A program made the position numbers and the translations under genes. The notes below the pieces were generated by a model. It was not told the origin of the DNA. It saw only the letters and a program-made list of their open reading frames with translations, and did not search any database. Positions 1 through 11,646 of a stretch of DNA of 64,000 nucleotides are shown here, piece by piece. This DNA comes from Fimbriimonadia bacterium (GTDB lineage: Bacteria > Armatimonadota > Fimbriimonadia > Fimbriimonadales > JABRVX01), in contig JBGPGO010000001.1 in NCBI GenBank assembly GCA_041483895.1, forward strand, positions 256,001-320,000, read 5' to 3'. Each line of letters opens with the position of its first letter. The stretch's first letter is position 1.

Positions 1-1463
1 CCGCAGGCGTCTTCCAGTCCTTGGATGTCCGTCAGGATCACATTGTTCTTCTCGTCGCTCACCATACCCATCGCGATCCCACCGACCGGCGCGGTTATCT
101 GAACGCCCGCGTCCATCAGCGCCAGGCTGCTGCCGCAAACGCTCGCCATGGAGGAAGACCCGTTGGATTCCAACACTTCGGAGGTCACCAGCATCGAATA
201 GGGGAACGCCTCCGAGTCAGGGATGACATAGCGGAGCGCTCGCTCGGCGAGGGCGCCGTGCCCTACCTCTCGTCTGCCCGGTCCCCGCATCGGCCGCGTC
301 TCACCAGTGGAATAGGGCGGGAAGTTATAGAAGTGCATATAGCGCTTCTTCGTGTCCTCTTCCAATCCGTCGATGATCTGCGCGTCGTCAAGCGGCCCCA
401 GAGTTACCGAGGTAAGCACCTGGGTCTGGCCGCGGGTGAATAGGCCGCTGCCATGCACGCGGGGCAGCAACCCGACCTCCGAGCTGAGATCGCGAATTGC
501 CTTCGGATCCCGTCCGTCCACTCGCTTTTGGTCGGACAAAATCATGCTGCGCACGGTGTATTTGATCAGTTTTTCCACCGCCTCGCGAACCTGCGCCTGC
601 TGCGCTTCGTCCTCGAACTTGCCCTCCAACTTGGCAACGACATCGCGCTTCAGGTCGTCAACAGCTGACTCGCGCTTCAGTTTGTCCGGATTGCGAAGAG
701 CGGCATCGATATCCGCAGCCGCTTCGGCCTTTACGACGGACATCACTTCCTCGGCGATGGTGTGCAGCGGAACCTCAGTCTTCACTGCGCCGACCTTGGC
801 TGCCAGTTCGTTTTGGAGGCTGCACAGCTCCTTGATAATGCCGTGCCCAAACTCCATCGCCGCCAGCATTTTGGCCTCGTCAACCTGGGCCGCCCCCGCT
901 TCGATCATAACGACTTGGCTTTCGTTGCCTGCTACGATCAGATCGAGGTCGGAGATTCCCATCTGCTCAACCGAGGGGAAGGGGATAAATTCGCCATCAA
1001 TCAGTCCAACGCGAACACAGGCGATGGGACCTGCAAACGGGATGTCCGACACCATCAGCGCGCATGAGGCAGCGGTAACGGCCATAACGTCCGAGGGATT
1101 TTCGGGTTCAACCGAAAGCGTTGTCGCGATAACCTGCACGTCGTTGCGCATGCCGTCGGGGAACAAGGGCCGCAAGGGCCGGTCAATGAGGCGGGAGGTG
1201 ATAATCGCCTTCTCGCTCGGGCGGCCGCCTCTCTTGATAAATCCGCCGGGAATCTTACCGACGCTGTACTTTCGTTCTTCGTAATCGCATGTCAGGGGGA
1301 ACCAATCTGCCCCTGAACGGGGTTCCTTGCTCATAGTGGCGGCGACAATTATTATCGTATCGCCCACGCCGATGAGTACGGAGCCGTTGGCCTGCTTTGC
1401 CAGTCTGCCGGTTTCAAAGAAAAACTCTTTGCCGGCGATCGCACGGCTTACCGTGTGGATCAT
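1..1463 (-). CDS. pnp: Polyribonucleotide nucleotidyltransferase (PNPase), 5' part; runs off the window start
   Basis: My translation of the minus strand from ATG at 1463 gives MIHTVSRAIAGKEFFFETGRLAKQANGSV...FPLTCDYEERKYSVGKIPGGFIKRGGRPSEKAIITSRLIDRPLRPLFP, a typical PNPase N-terminus; it follows rpsO in the conserved rpsO-pnp order. Confidence 0.97.
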   Translation of the reverse strand, partial: MIHTVSRAIAGKEFFFETGRLAKQANGSVLIGVGDTIIIVAATMSKEPRSGADWFPLTCDYEERKYSVGKIPGGFIKRGGRPSEKAIITSRLIDRPLRPLFPDGMRNDVQVIATTLSVEPENPSDVMAVTAASCALMVSDIPFAGPIACVRVGLIDGEFIPFPSVEQMGISDLDLIVAGNESQVVMIEAGAAQVDEAKMLAAMEFGHGIIKELCSLQNELAAKVGAVKTEVPLHTIAEEVMSVVKAEAAADIDAALRNPDKLKRESAVDDLKRDVVAKLEGKFEDEAQQAQVREAVEKLIKYTVRSMILSDQKRVDGRDPKAIRDLSSEVGLLPRVHGSGLFTRGQTQVLTSVTLGPLDDAQIIDGLEEDTKKRYMHFYNFPPYSTGETRPMRGPGRREVGHGALAERALRYVIPDSEAFPYSMLVTSEVLESNGSSSMASVCGSSLALMDAGVQITAPVGGIAMGMVSDEKNNVILTDIQGLEDAC

Positions 1464-1492
1464 ACCTATACCGTCCTTTGAGGGAGGCCGGC

Positions 1493-1762
1493 CTATCCGC
1501 GAAGACCGAGTCGCTTAATTAGCCCACGATATCGCTCGACGTCAATTCGGCGGAGATAGGCCTGCAAACGCTTGCGGCGGCCAACCAGCAACAGAAGGCC
1601 TCTACGCGAGTGAAAGTCGTGCTTATGTTCGCGCAAATGGTCTGTTATCTGGAGGATTCGTGCGGTAAGTAAGGCAATCTGGACCTCTGCGGAACCAGAA
1701 TCCCCTGCTTTTGCACCGTGGTCGGCGATAATTTGTGCTTTTTGAGCTTGCGGCAGCGGCAT
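1493..1762 (-). CDS. rpsO: 30S ribosomal protein S15
   Basis: [14 protein letters not shown]...[25 protein letters not shown]...[13 protein letters not shown] Shine-Dalgarno upstream. Confidence 0.98.
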   Translation of the reverse strand: MPLPQAQKAQIIADHGAKAGDSGSAEVQIALLTARILQITDHLREHKHDFHSRRGLLLLVGRRKRLQAYLRRIDVERYRGLIKRLGLRG

Positions 1763-1878
1763 GTACCGTAGCCTCCGATGATTTTCGTAATCGGCGGTTG
1801 GGCTGCATTTATGCCGCTCTACGTCAGCGCCTCTTGGAAGCGCCTACGGACAACGGCACGGTCAGCCAACCCGCGTCT
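1763..1878 (-). promoter_or_regulatory. Structured rpsO 5' leader, candidate S15-binding autoregulatory RNA
   Basis: Nested pairings GCGGGUUGGCUG/CAGCCCAACCGC, GUGCCGUU/AGCGGCAU, CGU/ACG, GGCGCUUC/GAGGCGCU, then a CCGAU/AUCGG hairpin touching the SD. Confidence 0.65.
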
Positions 1879-1882
1879 CGGA

Positions 1883-1912
1883 AGTGTACCAGCCCCCAAC
1901 CCAAAGTTGCAA
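1883..1912 (-). promoter_or_regulatory. sigma70-type promoter for rpsO-pnp
   Basis: TTGCAA-18nt-TACACT with TG extended -10, just upstream of the leader. Confidence 0.65.
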
Positions 1913-2040
1913 GGGTCACCGACAGAAACGTTCTGCCTGTCCGCTGGGAACTAGAAGTAGCCTAAATCAGTCTAAACCTGTAGGTACGAGCGGGCCGTGA
2001 AGTTGCCGCGGTGGCAGTCTTGTCTAAGGTAAGAAACTCG

Positions 2041-4833
<2,793 letters not shown>

Positions 4834-4837
<4 letters not shown>

Positions 4838-6120
4838 ACATCGATACCGAAAAGGCGCGGTTTGAAACGCTGGCCCTTCATGGAGGCTGGTCTCCCGACC
4901 CGGCAACCACGGCGCAGGCGGTCCCGATCTATATGACCGCGGGCTACGAATTCCGCTCCCCCGAGGCTGCCGCCGACATCTTCGCCCTGAAACAACGCGG
5001 CCTGAACTATTCGCGCATTCAAAATCCGACCATAGACGCGTTCGAGAAGCGGATGGCTTTGCTCGAAGGCGGCGTGGCGGCGGTCGCGACGGCATCCGGC
5101 CAGACGGCCACGATGTATGCGTTGCTGAACATCATGCGGCAAGGCGACAATGTCGTCTCCTCCTCCAGCCTCTACGGAGGAGTTCACGGCCTGCTCAAGT
5201 ACCCGATGGGCAAGATGGGCTTCCACGTCAAGTTCGTCGATCCGCATGATCTGTGTGCTTGGAAGTCGGCTATCGACGACCGCACGCGCGCTTTCTACGC
5301 CGAATCGCTGGGAAATCCGAAGGTCGATACGCCGGACATCGCGGCGATCGCCGACCTGGCTCACGAGAACGGAATTCCGTTGGTTATCGACAACACCGTC
5401 CCCTCGCCGTTTCTCTGCCGTCCGTTCGAACACGGGGCCGACATCGTGGTCCACAGCACCACGAAGTACATCGGCGGACACGGGATCGCTATCGGCGGGG
5501 TGGTCGTCGATAAGGGAGATTTCAATTGGTCAAACGGCAAGTTCCCGGAGTTCACCGACGCGGACCCGGTTACGCACGGGTATCGCATCCATCGGCAGTT
5601 TTCCCGCATGGCATACGCGCAGAAGCTGCGAACCCATTGGCTGCGCGATACGGGCGGCTGCATGTCGCCTTTCAACGCCTGGGCATTCCTGATCGGGCTC
5701 GAGACGTTGCCGCTGCGAATGGAGCGTTGTTCGCAAAACGCGCTGGAGCTCGCCCGGTGGTTGTCCAGCCATCCCAAGATCAGTTGGGTCTGCTACCCTG
5801 GGCTCGAAGACCATCCTACGCACAAGAACGCCGTTCGGTACCTGCGCGGGGGCTTTTCCGGCATGATGGGGATCGGGATCAAAGGTGGGATGGACGCGGC
5901 GATTAACTTCATCAAGCGCGTCAATGTGTTCACCCATGTGGCCAATTTGGGGGACTCAAAATCGCTTGTCATTCACCCGGCGAGCACAACTCATTCCCCA
6001 TTGGAACCCGAAGAGCGCGCGGAAGCCGGCATCACAGACGACTTCGTCCGTGTCAGCGTCGGCATCGAGCATATCGATGACTTGAAGGAGGATCTGGATC
6101 AGGCGCTTTCTTCGCAATAG
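4834..6120 (+). CDS. metY: O-acetylhomoserine aminocarboxypropyltransferase (sulfhydrylase), PLP-dependent
   Basis: YSRIQNPT, HSTTKYIGGHG (PLP lysine), ANLGDSKSLVIHPASTTH, VSVGIEHIDDL; ATGA overlap with the upstream gene. Confidence 0.9.
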
Positions 6121-6153
6121 GACATATAGGTCCTATACGTCGTATACGTCCTA
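6118..6153. repeat. 9-bp periodic palindromic repeat (TAGGACATA-type), copy 1
   Basis: taggacata taggtccta tacgtcgta tacgtccta; related copy at 37675-37710. Confidence 0.6.
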
Positions 6154-6190
6154 TCTCCTCGGATCTAGCCCCAAGGTATAACCCAACCCT

Positions 6191-7324
6191 ATGGCTCAAA
6201 GAAAGTCGCGCATCGCAATCGCCATGTCCGGCGGCGTGGACAGCTCCGCCGGCGCGGCCCTGCTCGTCCAACAGGGATACGACGTGATTGGCCTTACGAT
6301 GCAGATATGGCAGGAGAGCCAGACCGACGCGCGCCATGCCGGGTGCTGCTCGCTCGGGGCGGTGGAAGACGCCCGCCGCGTCGCCCGGGTCCTGGACATC
6401 CCGTACTACGTCCTCAACTTCCGCGAGGACTTTCGCCAAAAGGTGATCGACCAGTTCGTGGATGAATACGCGCGCGGGCGCACCCCCAATCCCTGCGTCA
6501 ACTGCAACCGGTACGTGAAGTTCGACCTCCTCCTCAGTCGTGCCCGCGAACTGGGATGCGAGAAGCTCGCGACGGGACATTACGCCCAGGTGAAGAGGCA
6601 TTCCAACGGCAGGTACGCGGTCGCCCGGGCTGTGGCCAAGGAAAAGGACCAGTCCTACGCTCTCTACGCCAGCAGCCAGGAGCAGCTCGCCCACATGCAC
6701 TTTCCGCTGGGCACGATGACCGACAAGGCCGAAACCCGCCGACTCGCCGCCGATGCCGGACTTAGCGTCGCCGAAAAGCCGGATTCGCAAGAGATATGCT
6801 TCGTGAGCGAGGCCGGTGGATATCGCGAATTCTTGATGACGAAGCGGCCCGAGGCGTTCCAAATCGGCGAGATACGGGATGTCGGCGGCCAGATGCTGGG
6901 AACCCATGGCGGCCTCGCGCAATACACAATCGGCCAGCGCAAAGGCATTGGGGTCGCGCCGGACAGCCGTCCTCGCTATGTGGTGAGCCTGGACATGGCT
7001 ACGAACACTCTCGTCGTGGGCGACGACCAGGACCTTCGAAGGGACGCTGTGACGGTGGACGACGTGGTGTGGAGCGGCCGCAACGGTCTTACCCAGCCAC
7101 TGCGCGTAAAGGCCAAGATTCGGTACAATATGGAGGCCTGCGACGCGGTCTTGTATCCGCAGGACGACGCGGGTCGGCTAACCGCCCGCTTCGTTCAGCC
7201 GGTTCGAGCCGTTACTCCAGGTCAAATTGCGGTATTCTATTCAGGAGAGTGCATCGTCGCCGGTGGAACAATCGTATCGGAGGCAGATGCCGGCCCCAAT
7301 CGGTTCGAGGAGGATTTGAAATGA
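6191..7324 (+). CDS. mnmA: tRNA 2-thiouridine(34) synthase MnmA
   Basis: AMSGGVDSS, TPNPCVNCN, ATGHYA, KDQSY, KPDSQEICF, YTIGQRKG, AVTPGQ. Confidence 0.97.
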   Translation: MAQRKSRIAIAMSGGVDSSAGAALLVQQGYDVIGLTMQIWQESQTDARHAGCCSLGAVEDARRVARVLDIPYYVLNFREDFRQKVIDQFVDEYARGRTPNPCVNCNRYVKFDLLLSRARELGCEKLATGHYAQVKRHSNGRYAVARAVAKEKDQSYALYASSQEQLAHMHFPLGTMTDKAETRRLAADAGLSVAEKPDSQEICFVSEAGGYREFLMTKRPEAFQIGEIRDVGGQMLGTHGGLAQYTIGQRKGIGVAPDSRPRYVVSLDMATNTLVVGDDQDLRRDAVTVDDVVWSGRNGLTQPLRVKAKIRYNMEACDAVLYPQDDAGRLTARFVQPVRAVTPGQIAVFYSGECIVAGGTIVSEADAGPNRFEEDLK

Positions 7325-7566
7325 GTGACAACGACAGCTCTGAAGACAGAAGCGTAATGCTTTATATGCTGGCCGGGATTGGCTTAGGCGCGCTGATCGG
7401 CGCCGCCGCCGGTCTCCTGTTCGCTCCCAAAGCCGGGAACGAGATGCGTGAAGACATCAATCAGCTTTTCGCCGATAAGCGGCGGCAGTTCTCGGATTGG
7501 GTTGCCGAAATGAAGGCCAAACGGCTGGGCGACAAAGAGTCTGCGGAGGAAGCTGCGGCTAACTAG
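7321..7566 (+). CDS. YtxH domain-containing protein
   Basis: GIGLGALIGAAAGLLFAPKAGNEMR signature; GAGGAGG SD; ATGA overlap with mnmA. Confidence 0.88.
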   Translation: MSDNDSSEDRSVMLYMLAGIGLGALIGAAAGLLFAPKAGNEMREDINQLFADKRRQFSDWVAEMKAKRLGDKESAEEAAAN

Positions 7567-7581
7567 CCGAATCTCCACTAG

Positions 7582-8748
7582 ATGCGAAACTGGTGGCGGC
7601 TAACGATTTGGGCGGCCCTTGTTGTGGCCGCCCTTTGGTTTCTTTGGCGTGTTTCCTCGGTCCTTACCCCTTTCGTTCTCGCGTGGCTGATAACAAGCTT
7701 CATGGAGCCCACCATCAAGAAGCTGCGAGCCGCCGGGTATTCGCGCGGCCGGGCTGTATTCCTCGTCTTTTTCTGCTTCTTCATGATTATCACCGCGACA
7801 TCCGTCATCGTGGTTCCGAGCCTGATCTCGCAGTTCCGGGTGTTCAACAAACAGATCCCACAATACGTGACCGAGATTGAAGACCTTCTCAAATCAATGA
7901 TTCCGACGGACAAGGAGTTGAAACGGCAGCAGGCCACCTTGGCGATGTTTGGCCTTCCGGCCGACCGGCAGCAGATATACGACGAACAGATCGCACCGCA
8001 TATTGCGGACATCCAGAACTACGCCGTCAATGCCGGAAAATCTCTGCTGAGCAAGCTATCCGCCGTCTTCAGTCTCCTGATCACGATCATCCTGACCCCC
8101 ATCCTCACCTTCTTCCTGATGATGGACTACGACACCATCCGGCGTCGGACCGTCCGACTGATTCCCATGTCGATCCGGGGTCAATCCATCGATCTGTTCG
8201 ATGACATTGGGGACGTTTTCACCAACTATCTTCGCGGGATGCTGACCTCGGCGGTCATCTATGCCACCTGCGCCTCCCTGGTCTATTGGTTCCTGGGCCT
8301 TCCGGTCCCGCTGCTGCTCGGGGTTTTGGCCGGCTGCTTCTCGATTGCGCCTTATATCGGGTTTCTGCTTAGTACTACTATGGTGCTGATCGCGGCGATG
8401 GTGGTTCCGGTTGAGGGATGGACGCCGCTCATCGCTATGGGGGGACAGGGCGCCCACGTTGTTGGGTCGCTGGCTCTATACATCGTCTATGACCAGTCCT
8501 ACGGCCTGTTCGTGCTGCCGCGAATCATGGGCCGGGCGGTTGGGATACACATTTTCATGGCGTTCTTTGCCATCGCGGCCGGCGGCACGCTCTTCGGGCT
8601 ACCCGGGCTGGTTTTGGCCTATCCGGTGGCCGGCAGCATAAAGCTGATCGCCGAACGGATCCTGGGCTATGTTGTGGACGATCGTCCAAAAGTTCACTAC
8701 ACTCTTCCCCGAATCCCGCTCCGCTTCCGCGCACGAAGTCCGGTATAG
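7582..8748 (+). CDS. AI-2E family transporter
   Basis: Multi-TM; PFVLAWLITSFMEP, YLRGML, PYIG, PRIMGRAVGIH, GGTLFGLPGLVLAYPV. Confidence 0.9.
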   Translation: MRNWWRLTIWAALVVAALWFLWRVSSVLTPFVLAWLITSFMEPTIKKLRAAGYSRGRAVFLVFFCFFMIITATSVIVVPSLISQFRVFNKQIPQYVTEIEDLLKSMIPTDKELKRQQATLAMFGLPADRQQIYDEQIAPHIADIQNYAVNAGKSLLSKLSAVFSLLITIILTPILTFFLMMDYDTIRRRTVRLIPMSIRGQSIDLFDDIGDVFTNYLRGMLTSAVIYATCASLVYWFLGLPVPLLLGVLAGCFSIAPYIGFLLSTTMVLIAAMVVPVEGWTPLIAMGGQGAHVVGSLALYIVYDQSYGLFVLPRIMGRAVGIHIFMAFFAIAAGGTLFGLPGLVLAYPVAGSIKLIAERILGYVVDDRPKVHYTLPRIPLRFRARSPV

Positions 8749-8754
8749 GCGCGA

Positions 8755-10144
8755 TTATCGCCTTCGGCGGCTGCGCTTCGTAAACCAGAGGCCCGAGAGA
8801 ACAGCGGCGGCCCATCCCGGTTCCGGTACGGGCGTCGAGAAAAAGACGCTGTAAGTGCCGTCGTTCATTTGCGCACGCCACAGGCATTGTCCATTCGCTC
8901 CAATCGCCAACGCCCGCGCATTCTGATATGTCCCCGGCGCAAGGGCGTCCTCGCTGAGCGAAAACTCATTGAGAAATACCTGAAAAATCCCGTTGGTATT
9001 CGATCCCGCGCCTGACCACAGCGTTCCGCCCGCCTCGTCAATTCCAACAACAACAAGCGGGCCGGACTGATCGCCAAGAGCCGATGTCGAGACGTCGGTC
9101 GAGTCGACAAAGGTCCTGAACTCATTCGTGGCGAGATCTCTCGCCAGCCATGCGATATGGCCGGACTCAGAGATGTAATTTTGCAACTGGTCGATATCCC
9201 GCGGGTTGGACCCGAACGCCTCTGCCGAAACATCCTGCATATCCCGCATGATATGGTTGGTGCTCGAACGACTGTCCGTATAGAGCCAAAAAATGTGACC
9301 GGAGTCAGTGATCCCTCGGGCACGACTGCCCAAGAGTCCAGGAAACTTGCCGCTCGTCAGATCGCCATTATTTAAGAAGAGTTCAGTTACGCCGGTACCT
9401 GCGTACGACCCATCCCACAATAGATTCCCCGCGTCATCGATTTTGCCTTCGTAGGCACGGCCTCCGGGTCCAAGAATCGGACCGGAATAATCAGTGGAGT
9501 TCAAAAAAACATGCGATTCGCTGACTCCGTTGATGGTTGCTCCCGCTTGCCAAACGCAATCACCCTTTCGGTTCATAACGTCGAGATTGATCCCTCCGAA
9601 CTCCGGAAAGTTCGCGTTCAGTTGCTCCGTACCCCCTGTATACGATACTTCCGGTGGCCTTTGAATGAAACAGCCAAAAGGGAAGCCCGTCGTTGCTGAC
9701 CCCTGCAATCCAAGGTCGGTCAACGTACCGGCTCGCAGGCTGTACCTTTGTGTAGTAGTCGACTCCGTCAACCATCACCCGGTTAGAAAGGGCATCGCTC
9801 GCATTGTATGCAACCATACCCGAGTCGTTGATGTAACCCGTCATCGCGTCTGCGTACGGCCCCAAATATAGTTGACCAAGGTCGGTTTTGTAACGATACG
9901 CCGCGGTCGCGTTGGGGATTCCGACAGTGAAGATGGGAACGCCTTGCACGTTCACGTGATTGGGATATGAGTTAACTTCGACCGACCTCGCGCCGCTGAA
10001 GAGCAATTCATGCTTCCACTGCGTCTGTGCTTCGGTATTGACCCCAATTAGAGCAAAGAAGCAAAGAGACGCCGCAAGCGCATATCGGCGCCGAGCGAAT
10101 GGGTGGTAATTGAATTTCGGATCGTCCTTAGCATAACTCTTCAT
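8755..10144 (-). pseudogene. PEP-CTERM repeat protein split by a +1 frameshift (G5 run at 9632-9636); pseudogene or assembly error
   Basis: ORF 9560-10144 (signal peptide, QTQWKHE) and ORF 8755-9771 (ends PVPEPGWAAAVLSGLWFTKRSRRRR) align consecutively to the intact paralog at 53654-54952; removing one G joins them. Confidence 0.8.
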
Positions 10145-10182
10145 GGCACCAGCAACCTCGTAATTTGCGCAGTACTAGGTTA

Positions 10183-10211
10183 TTTATATCACAATTCTCC
10201 TGAGATGGCAA
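10183..10211 (-). promoter_or_regulatory. sigma70-type promoter for the PEP-CTERM gene
   Basis: TTGCCA-17nt-TATAAA with TG extension. Confidence 0.65.
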
Positions 10212-10291
10212 GTTAGACCCTTGCGGTGGAGTCAGAATTTGGTCGCCCGGCTAGCCGGATCGCCGATACCCGATGCCTGAGGTGTGTGGTC

Positions 10292-10331
10292 AATAGACAA
10301 CCGGGGTCTTGCCCCCAGAGCAAGACCCCGG
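10292..10331 (-). terminator. Intrinsic terminator-like hairpin
   Basis: Perfect 12-bp IR CCGGGGTCTTGC/GCAAGACCCCGG followed on the minus strand by TTGTCTATT. Confidence 0.6.
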
Positions 10332-10340
10332 CCATGTCAT

Positions 10341-10456
10341 CCGCTGAACGGAGGGTTAGCGAATATCTTGAGCGGCCCTTGCGGGCCAACTGTCTGCGGT
10401 TAAGACGATGGAAGCATGGCGAAGGTTCCAGCCACCTGTGCCCTAATCTCCAGCGG
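10341..10456 (-). ncRNA. Candidate structured ncRNA or cis-regulator, family unrecognised
   Basis: Extended -10 TGCTATACT at 10460-10468; closing stem CCGCUG/CAGCGG; three inner hairpins including GGCCC-GCAA-GGGCC; terminator follows. Confidence 0.55.
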
Positions 10457-10507
10457 TCAAGTATAGCAGTTCCCACCCCGCCCCGCGATTGAATTATTGC
10501 CAGGAAT

Positions 10508-11644
10508 CTAAGAAGTCTTGTTAAGTTCGCCCGATGGGACCGCCTCGTCGCGCTCCAATGCCTTCCCGCTCCGATATTCCTGAAACAGCCGCCCCCAGTC
10601 GGTCTTCATAAACCGCCGAATCCGCGACGCGCCGATGGTCGGATACCACAGCCAGTCGTGATAGGCGTTGCTTGCAAACGGCGCCCACTTCCAGAGCGGC
10701 GAATGCAGCAGCACCTTCTCGAACGGCCGCAGCGGTCCTTTGCGAATCAACTGATCGCCCCAGATCACAAAGCTCCGCTTGGCCTCAAATCCAAAATCAA
10801 TCCCCTCAATCGATTCCCCGACGATCTCCACCTGCCGCACATCCCCCATCCCATAGCCCTTCTCCGTGCACATTCGAATGTAAGGGATGGACATCGGATC
10901 GAAGCCCATCATCTTGGCCGCCACCGCGTCTATGGCCACCTGATCGGAGCTAGCGAGCAGGAAGTTCTTGATGTGCGGCACCATGGTCCGAGGCCCCGCC
11001 CCGTCCCCGCAGACTGTCCCGTCCATCACGGCGAACATCCCCGGATGAAGCTCGCGCTGCATGGTCATCAGGTCCACCAGCACTTCATGAATGTACTTGT
11101 GTGCGTAGTGCCGGACCTCTTGCAGCAGCCCGCCGAAGGAGTTCTTGATCGCGCCCGTGGTGGTGCTGTGGCCGTGGGTTTTGACGGTCGGAAGGTGCAG
11201 GACCTGCTTGCCGGTGAACATCCGCGGGATCATGATGCCTTCGGGAAAGATGTCGTTCAGCTTCATCAGCGGCTCTTTGAACGAATGCACCGTCCATTCC
11301 ACGTCCATCAGCGCAGTGAACGGGATGCCGTAGTGCTTCAATACCGGACCCCAGGCGTTGCCCTCCAGCCCTTTATGCGGGTCGGTGACCACGGTCTTGT
11401 TTTCGACCGGGAAGATGCGGGTTGGGGCAAATCCGTCCTTGAGCATGGTCCGCAAAACGCCGTCAAGCTGCCACGGCTGGCTCGAGCAGGCCGGGAAGTA
11501 CTTCGTCCAAGAGAGGTTGATTTTGATCAGCGTATCGCGGTCTTTGGACAGGGCGTGTTCGTAGTCGGCGAAGCGCATGGCTCGCTCGATATCGTTCAGC
11601 ACAGTCTCCGGAGCGGTCTTCACAACCGCGACTTTGGAACTCAC
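10508..11644 (-). CDS. DUF362 domain-containing protein
   Basis: LIKINLSW, HLPTVKTHGHSTTTGAIKNSFG, VMDGTVCGDGAGP, SSDQVAIDAVAAKMMGFDP. Confidence 0.85.
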   Translation of the reverse strand: MSSKVAVVKTAPETVLNDIERAMRFADYEHALSKDRDTLIKINLSWTKYFPACSSQPWQLDGVLRTMLKDGFAPTRIFPVENKTVVTDPHKGLEGNAWGPVLKHYGIPFTALMDVEWTVHSFKEPLMKLNDIFPEGIMIPRMFTGKQVLHLPTVKTHGHSTTTGAIKNSFGGLLQEVRHYAHKYIHEVLVDLMTMQRELHPGMFAVMDGTVCGDGAGPRTMVPHIKNFLLASSDQVAIDAVAAKMMGFDPMSIPYIRMCTEKGYGMGDVRQVEIVGESIEGIDFGFEAKRSFVIWGDQLIRKGPLRPFEKVLLHSPLWKWAPFASNAYHDWLWYPTIGASRIRRFMKTDWGRLFQEYRSGKALERDEAVPSGELNKTS

Positions 11645-11646
11645 GG

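Noticed and set aside
352..1284. 310-aa plus-strand ORF and other long antisense ORFs (e.g. 10658-11719, 48693-50099, 60854-61801)
   Set aside because: Shadows of well-supported genes on the opposite strand in GC-rich DNA; no family motifs
10341..10456. Second c-di-AMP riboswitch, SRP RNA, 6S RNA or pistol ribozyme
   Set aside because: Shares only short words (GCUAACC, UUAGGGC); lacks GGGGAACC/GGGUGAAU, the SRP helix-8 motif, the 6S bubble architecture and the pistol pseudoknot partner
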